Assembly: GCA_023392945.1 (NCBI GenBank)
Contig: JAEWNB010000061.1
Span: 1-59,529 of the forward strand
Direction: 5' to 3'
DNA: 59,529 nt
Source of the DNA: Bacteroidota bacterium
GTDB taxonomy: Bacteria; Bacteroidota; Bacteroidia; Bacteroidales; WCHB1-69
The notes below the pieces were generated by a model. That model searched no databases, was not told the DNA's origin, and was given only the letters and a program-made list of their open reading frames with translations. The position numbers and the translations under genes are program-made. Below are positions 56,214 through 59,529 of this stretch, in pieces. Position 1 is the stretch's first letter. Each line of letters starts with the position of its first letter.

Positions 56214-57839
56214 TTAACGTCTGTTTGAACTACTGCTAGGAGAAGAGGAACCTCTGCTACTGCCAGAAGAAGATGAGCTGCTTGGAGAAGAATAGGATCT
56301 GCCTGAGGAGCTACTAGGTGATGAGTAAGATCTGCCGGAAGAACTACTTGGAGAAGAGTAGGATCTGCTTGAGGGACTACTTGGTGATGAGTAAGACCTG
56401 CCGGAAGAGTTACTTGGAGATGAGTAAGACCTGCCGGAACTTGAATTAGGCGTTGAATAAGTTCTCCCACTTGGATTATCAGTTTTTTTGTAAGTTGGAG
56501 TTGTTCTGGAATTAGACGGTCTATATTGGTTATTATAAGGATTAGGATTATTAGGGGGAGTGTTTCTGTATTGATTATTATTTGTTCCGGAATTAGGGTT
56601 TTGTTTAGGATTGTTTTGGGGAGTATTATAATAGGTAGGTCTTGTTGTATTAGTATTAGCAGGTCTTGTCGTAGTAGTATTAGCAGGTCTTGTCGTAGTG
56701 GTGTTAGCAGGTCTTGTTGTATTAGTATTAGCAGGTCTTGTCGTAGTGGTGTTAGCAGGTCTTGTTGTATTAGTATTAGCAGGTCTTGTCGTAGTGGTGT
56801 TAGCTGGGTTGGTAGTTGTTTTGGCTTCAGGAGTTGAGGGAACCGTATTGTAAGTTTTTGAATTTGTAGAGTTATTATTAGTTACATTGGTTGGAGAAAC
56901 CGGATTTTGTGTTTTGGAGCTGGTAGTATTATTAATAGGTTTATTTGAAGAAACATTGTTGGTGTTATTTGCCGGTTTTTTTATTTCGGAAGCGCTTGTT
57001 GAAGATGTTGCAAGGGCATCATAACGTTGATTGAAACTGGTTGGGGTTACAGAACGAGAAACAGAACCTGAATTATTATTGTTATTTCCATAATCATTGG
57101 GTCTATCACCGCGACCTCCGTGGTTCGCAATTCCATTTGATGAACCAACATTATGCCTGTGTCCATAGAAATAGGAGTGGTTGTTGTCATAATTATTGTG
57201 ATAATATCCTGCATAGTATCCGGTATAATAACCATCATAATATCCCCAATTATAAGCATTCCAGTAATAATTTGGACGATGGCACCCCCATCCCCATCCG
57301 TAGTTAAAACCATAAGAATAATAACCGTAATCATAATAATATGGCCGATACATATATGATGGCCACCACCAGTCATATCCTAAGTATATACTCATACCCC
57401 AGCTTGAGGGATAATAATCATACCAGTACATATTGGTATAGTAAGGATCGTAATATCCCCATCCATCAAAAGAATTTGAATGAAAACGTCGAATACGGGA
57501 GGAATAATAATAGTCATAATAATCATCATAAAAATCGTAGTTATCATCATAATAGTAGTTGTTAGTTACATATGCATTTCCTTCTTCATCATAATAGGTT
57601 TCTGAATTTTCATAAGTTAAAGAAGGATTTGTGGTGTCGTAATAAACGACACTGTTATCATCCATATTTTCATCTTCAGAATATTGAACCTGATTATCAG
57701 GAGTGGCTTCTATTGGTCTTTGATACTGGGCATCATTGGATGATGTGTAAATATCATCATAGTAGGTTAAAGTACCGATGTTGCACGATATCATACTGAT
57801 TGCTAAAATGAAAAGCGGGATTAAAATCTTTTTTTTCAT
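56214..57839 (-). CDS. Low-complexity Tyr/Asn/Asp/Ser-rich lipoprotein with two tandem repeat arrays
   Basis: Lipobox ISMISC. An aromatic-rich block covers about aa 25-235 (YYDDNYDFYDDYYDYYY, GWGWG, YYDGYYTGYYAGYY). Seven ANT(N/T)TTRP units and six SGRSYSSPSSS units. This frame stays open for 541 codons, while the other frames here hold only short repeat-derived ORFs. Confidence 0.7.
   Translation of the reverse strand: MKKKILIPLFILAISMISCNIGTLTYYDDIYTSSNDAQYQRPIEATPDNQVQYSEDENMDDNSVVYYDTTNPSLTYENSETYYDEEGNAYVTNNYYYDDNYDFYDDYYDYYYSSRIRRFHSNSFDGWGYYDPYYTNMYWYDYYPSSWGMSIYLGYDWWWPSYMYRPYYYDYGYYSYGFNYGWGWGCHRPNYYWNAYNWGYYDGYYTGYYAGYYHNNYDNNHSYFYGHRHNVGSSNGIANHGGRGDRPNDYGNNNNNSGSVSRSVTPTSFNQRYDALATSSTSASEIKKPANNTNNVSSNKPINNTTSSKTQNPVSPTNVTNNNSTNSKTYNTVPSTPEAKTTTNPANTTTTRPANTNTTRPANTTTTRPANTNTTRPANTTTTRPANTTTTRPANTNTTRPTYYNTPQNNPKQNPNSGTNNNQYRNTPPNNPNPYNNQYRPSNSRTTPTYKKTDNPSGRTYSTPNSSSGRSYSSPSNSSGRSYSSPSSPSSRSYSSPSSSSGRSYSSPSSSSGRSYSSPSSSSSSGSSRGSSSPSSSSNRR
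56274..56471 (-). repeat. Six tandem imperfect 33-bp units encoding SGRSYSSPSSS
   Basis: Repeat seen in both the DNA and the translated sequence. Also generates a spurious repeat-bearing ORF in another frame (56204-56470). Confidence 0.85.
56637..56804 (-). repeat. Seven tandem 24-bp units (two alternating variants, giving a 48-bp superperiod), in-frame within the low-complexity lipoprotein gene
   Basis: The units aggtcttgttgtattagtattagc and aggtcttgtcgtagtggtgttagc are read directly. Each encodes ANT(N/T)TTRP. Confidence 0.9.
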
Positions 57840-57877
57840 GGCTTTATCTCCTATATTTTTTGGGTTCTTATTTTTTA

Positions 57878-57885
57878 TATTTTTG
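57878..57885 (+). promoter_or_regulatory. -7 box TATTTTTG upstream of proS
   Basis: Exact motif 57 nt upstream of the ATG. Confidence 0.45.
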
Positions 57886-57905
57886 CAATTCGAATTAATA
57901 GACTA

Positions 57906-57913
57906 CAAAAATA
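57906..57913 (-). promoter_or_regulatory. -7 box TATTTTTG (minus strand) upstream of low-complexity lipoprotein gene
   Basis: The plus strand reads CAAAAATA, 67 nt upstream of ATG 57839. Confidence 0.4.
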
Positions 57914-57941
57914 ATCAAAAGTTAATCCTAAACGAAAAATA

Positions 57942-59414
57942 ATGGCAAAAAGTATTACTACACGTGTTGAAAATTACTCTCAATGGTACAATGATATTGT
58001 TAAAAAAGCTGATCTTGCTGAAAATTCTTCAGTTAGAGGTTGTATGGTAATCAAACCCTATGGGTATGCAATTTGGGAAAAAATGCAGTCAGCTATAGAT
58101 AAAATGTTTAAAGATACCGGACATGTAAATGCATATTTTCCTTTGTTTATTCCTAAGTCATTTTTTAGTAAAGAAGCAAGTCATGTTGAAGGTTTTGCAA
58201 AAGAATGTGCCGTTATAACTCATTACCGTCTGAAAAATGATCCTAATGGTGGTGTTATTGTTGATCCGGAAGCTAAACTGGAAGAAGAATTGATTGTCCG
58301 TCCCACTTCCGAAACCATTATTTGGGATAGCTATAAAAACTGGATTCAGTCATACCGTGACCTTCCTCTTTTAATAAACCAATGGGCAAATGTTGTTAGA
58401 TGGGAAATGCGTACTCGTTTGTTTTTGAGAACCGCTGAATTTCTTTGGCAAGAAGGTCATACTGCTCATTCAACAAAGCAAGAGGCAATAGAAGAAGCTG
58501 AAAGAATGCTGAATGTTTATACTGATTTTGCAGAGAATTTTATGGCTATGCCCGTAATCAAGGGTGTTAAGTCTCCTAATGAACGTTTTGCAGGAGCAGA
58601 AGACACCTATTGTATTGAAGCTCTTATGCAGGATGGAAAAGCACTTCAGGCTGGAACTTCACACTTCTTAGGTCAGAATTTTGCAAAAGCATTTGATGTT
58701 AAATTTTTGAATAAGGAGAATCAGCTGGAATATGTCTGGGCTACTTCATGGGGAGTATCCACACGTTTGATTGGGGCTCTTATCATGACACACTCTGATG
58801 ATAACGGATTGGTACTGCCTCCAAAACTTGCACCTATTCAAGTAGTGATTGTTCCTATATACAAGGAAGAAGAACAGTTAAAAATGATCACTGAAAAAAT
58901 TCAGCCTCTGATTGGAAAATTGAAAGCCAGAAATATATCGGTCAAATATGATGATGATGATTCCAAACGCTCAGGATGGAAATTCAATGAATATGAAATG
59001 AAAGGGGTTCCTGTTCGTTTAGTTATTGGACCAAGGGACTTGGAAAATAATCAAGTGGAAGTTGTACGTCGTGATACTTTGCAAAAAATGAATTTTTCTT
59101 TTGATACGCTGGATTTGGAGGTGGAAAAATTGTTAGGCGAAATTCAACAGAACCTTTTCGAAAGATCTTTGCAATTTAGAAAAGAAAATATTCGTAAAGC
59201 AGATTCCTGGGATGAGTTTATCGATATTCTTGATAATAAGGGAGGTTTTGTTTTAGCTCATTGGGATGGAACTGCTGAAACCGAACAGCTTATTAAAGAG
59301 AGCTCAAAAGCCACAATACGTTGCATCCCACTTGACAATCAGCTTGAAGCCGGTAAATGTATTTTAACAGGCAAACCATCTACTCAAAGAGTACTTTTTG
59401 CAAGAGCTTACTAA
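57942..59414 (+). CDS. proS: Proline--tRNA ligase (archaeal/eukaryote-like short form)
   Basis: 490 aa. Class II motifs ([30 protein letters not shown]). C-terminal ...RVLFARAY. Confidence 0.95.
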   Translation: MAKSITTRVENYSQWYNDIVKKADLAENSSVRGCMVIKPYGYAIWEKMQSAIDKMFKDTGHVNAYFPLFIPKSFFSKEASHVEGFAKECAVITHYRLKNDPNGGVIVDPEAKLEEELIVRPTSETIIWDSYKNWIQSYRDLPLLINQWANVVRWEMRTRLFLRTAEFLWQEGHTAHSTKQEAIEEAERMLNVYTDFAENFMAMPVIKGVKSPNERFAGAEDTYCIEALMQDGKALQAGTSHFLGQNFAKAFDVKFLNKENQLEYVWATSWGVSTRLIGALIMTHSDDNGLVLPPKLAPIQVVIVPIYKEEEQLKMITEKIQPLIGKLKARNISVKYDDDDSKRSGWKFNEYEMKGVPVRLVIGPRDLENNQVEVVRRDTLQKMNFSFDTLDLEVEKLLGEIQQNLFERSLQFRKENIRKADSWDEFIDILDNKGGFVLAHWDGTAETEQLIKESSKATIRCIPLDNQLEAGKCILTGKPSTQRVLFARAY

Positions 59415-59473
59415 AGAAAATGATGATTTGAGGCAACTTTTTATTTTATTACTAATTTTATTAAAATTATAAT

Positions 59474-59529
59474 ATGCAAGATAACAGACTCTCAGCCTTT
59501 AAAAGATTATTGGATATTATGGATGAACT
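59474..59529 (+). CDS. Partial 5' end of probable MazG-type nucleoside triphosphate pyrophosphohydrolase
   Basis: MQDNRLSAFKRLLDIMDEL resembles the MazG N-terminus that precedes the CPWD motif. Only 18 codons are in the window. Confidence 0.35.
   Translation, partial: MQDNRLSAFKRLLDIMDE

Noticed and set aside
56637-56804. Regularly spaced 24-bp repeats that could superficially suggest a CRISPR array
   Set aside because: The units are directly abutting with no spacers. They lie in-frame within a 541-codon ORF and encode a peptide repeat. No cas genes are in the window.
56204-57799. Several 60-110-aa ORFs in other frames and strands across the Tyr-rich gene (56204-56470, 56526-56837, 57041-57376, 57341-57799)
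   Set aside because: They are generated by the repeat and low-complexity composition. Only one frame is open across the full 1.6 kb and starts with a lipoprotein signal.
1-59529. Search for mobile elements, prophage, integrases, tRNA/rRNA genes and obvious foreign islands
   Set aside because: I recognised no transposase, integrase or phage-like ORFs, no long terminal inverted or direct repeats, and no stretch that by eye departs in composition from the uniformly AT-rich background.

Overview
AT-rich, gene-dense chromosomal segment: about 53 CDS and no rRNA, tRNA, CRISPR, transposase or integrase that I can see. The lineage looks like Bacteroidota. Evidence is three proteins with type IX secretion (T9SS) C-terminal sorting domains, many lipoprotein signal peptides, a CarboxypepD_reg/TonB-receptor-type barrel, and repeated TAnnTTTG (often exactly TATTTTTG) -7 promoter boxes with short, SD-less leaders. 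Most of the window is housekeeping: rlmN, pstSCAB-phoU, pyrH-frr-gcvH, glnA-like, dxs, split transketolase N subunit, greA, lpxK, phoH, ddl, rlmB, miaA and proS. Five regions are not ordinary. (1) 30071-40235 is an outer-membrane module made of a small TM protein, a 1239-aa TonB-receptor-like barrel without a SusD partner, a 1572-aa T9SS cargo with no domain I can recognise, and its own PorV/FadL-like barrel. This is my best candidate for an uncharacterised system. (2) 2312-3815 is an ECF sigma factor coupled to a membrane anti-sigma-like protein whose periplasmic end is a T9SS type-B sorting domain. (3) 54735-57839 is an extremely Tyr/Asn/Asp/Ser-rich lipoprotein with two in-frame tandem repeat arrays, co-oriented with a FadL-like barrel. 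(4) 44421-49527 is a cell-wall remodelling gene string with two tandem paralog pairs, including an active plus degenerate M23 pair. (5) 40705-42389 holds tandem purine nucleoside phosphorylase paralogs. All family calls come from motifs read by eye. No HMM or BLAST search could be run, so family names are provisional.
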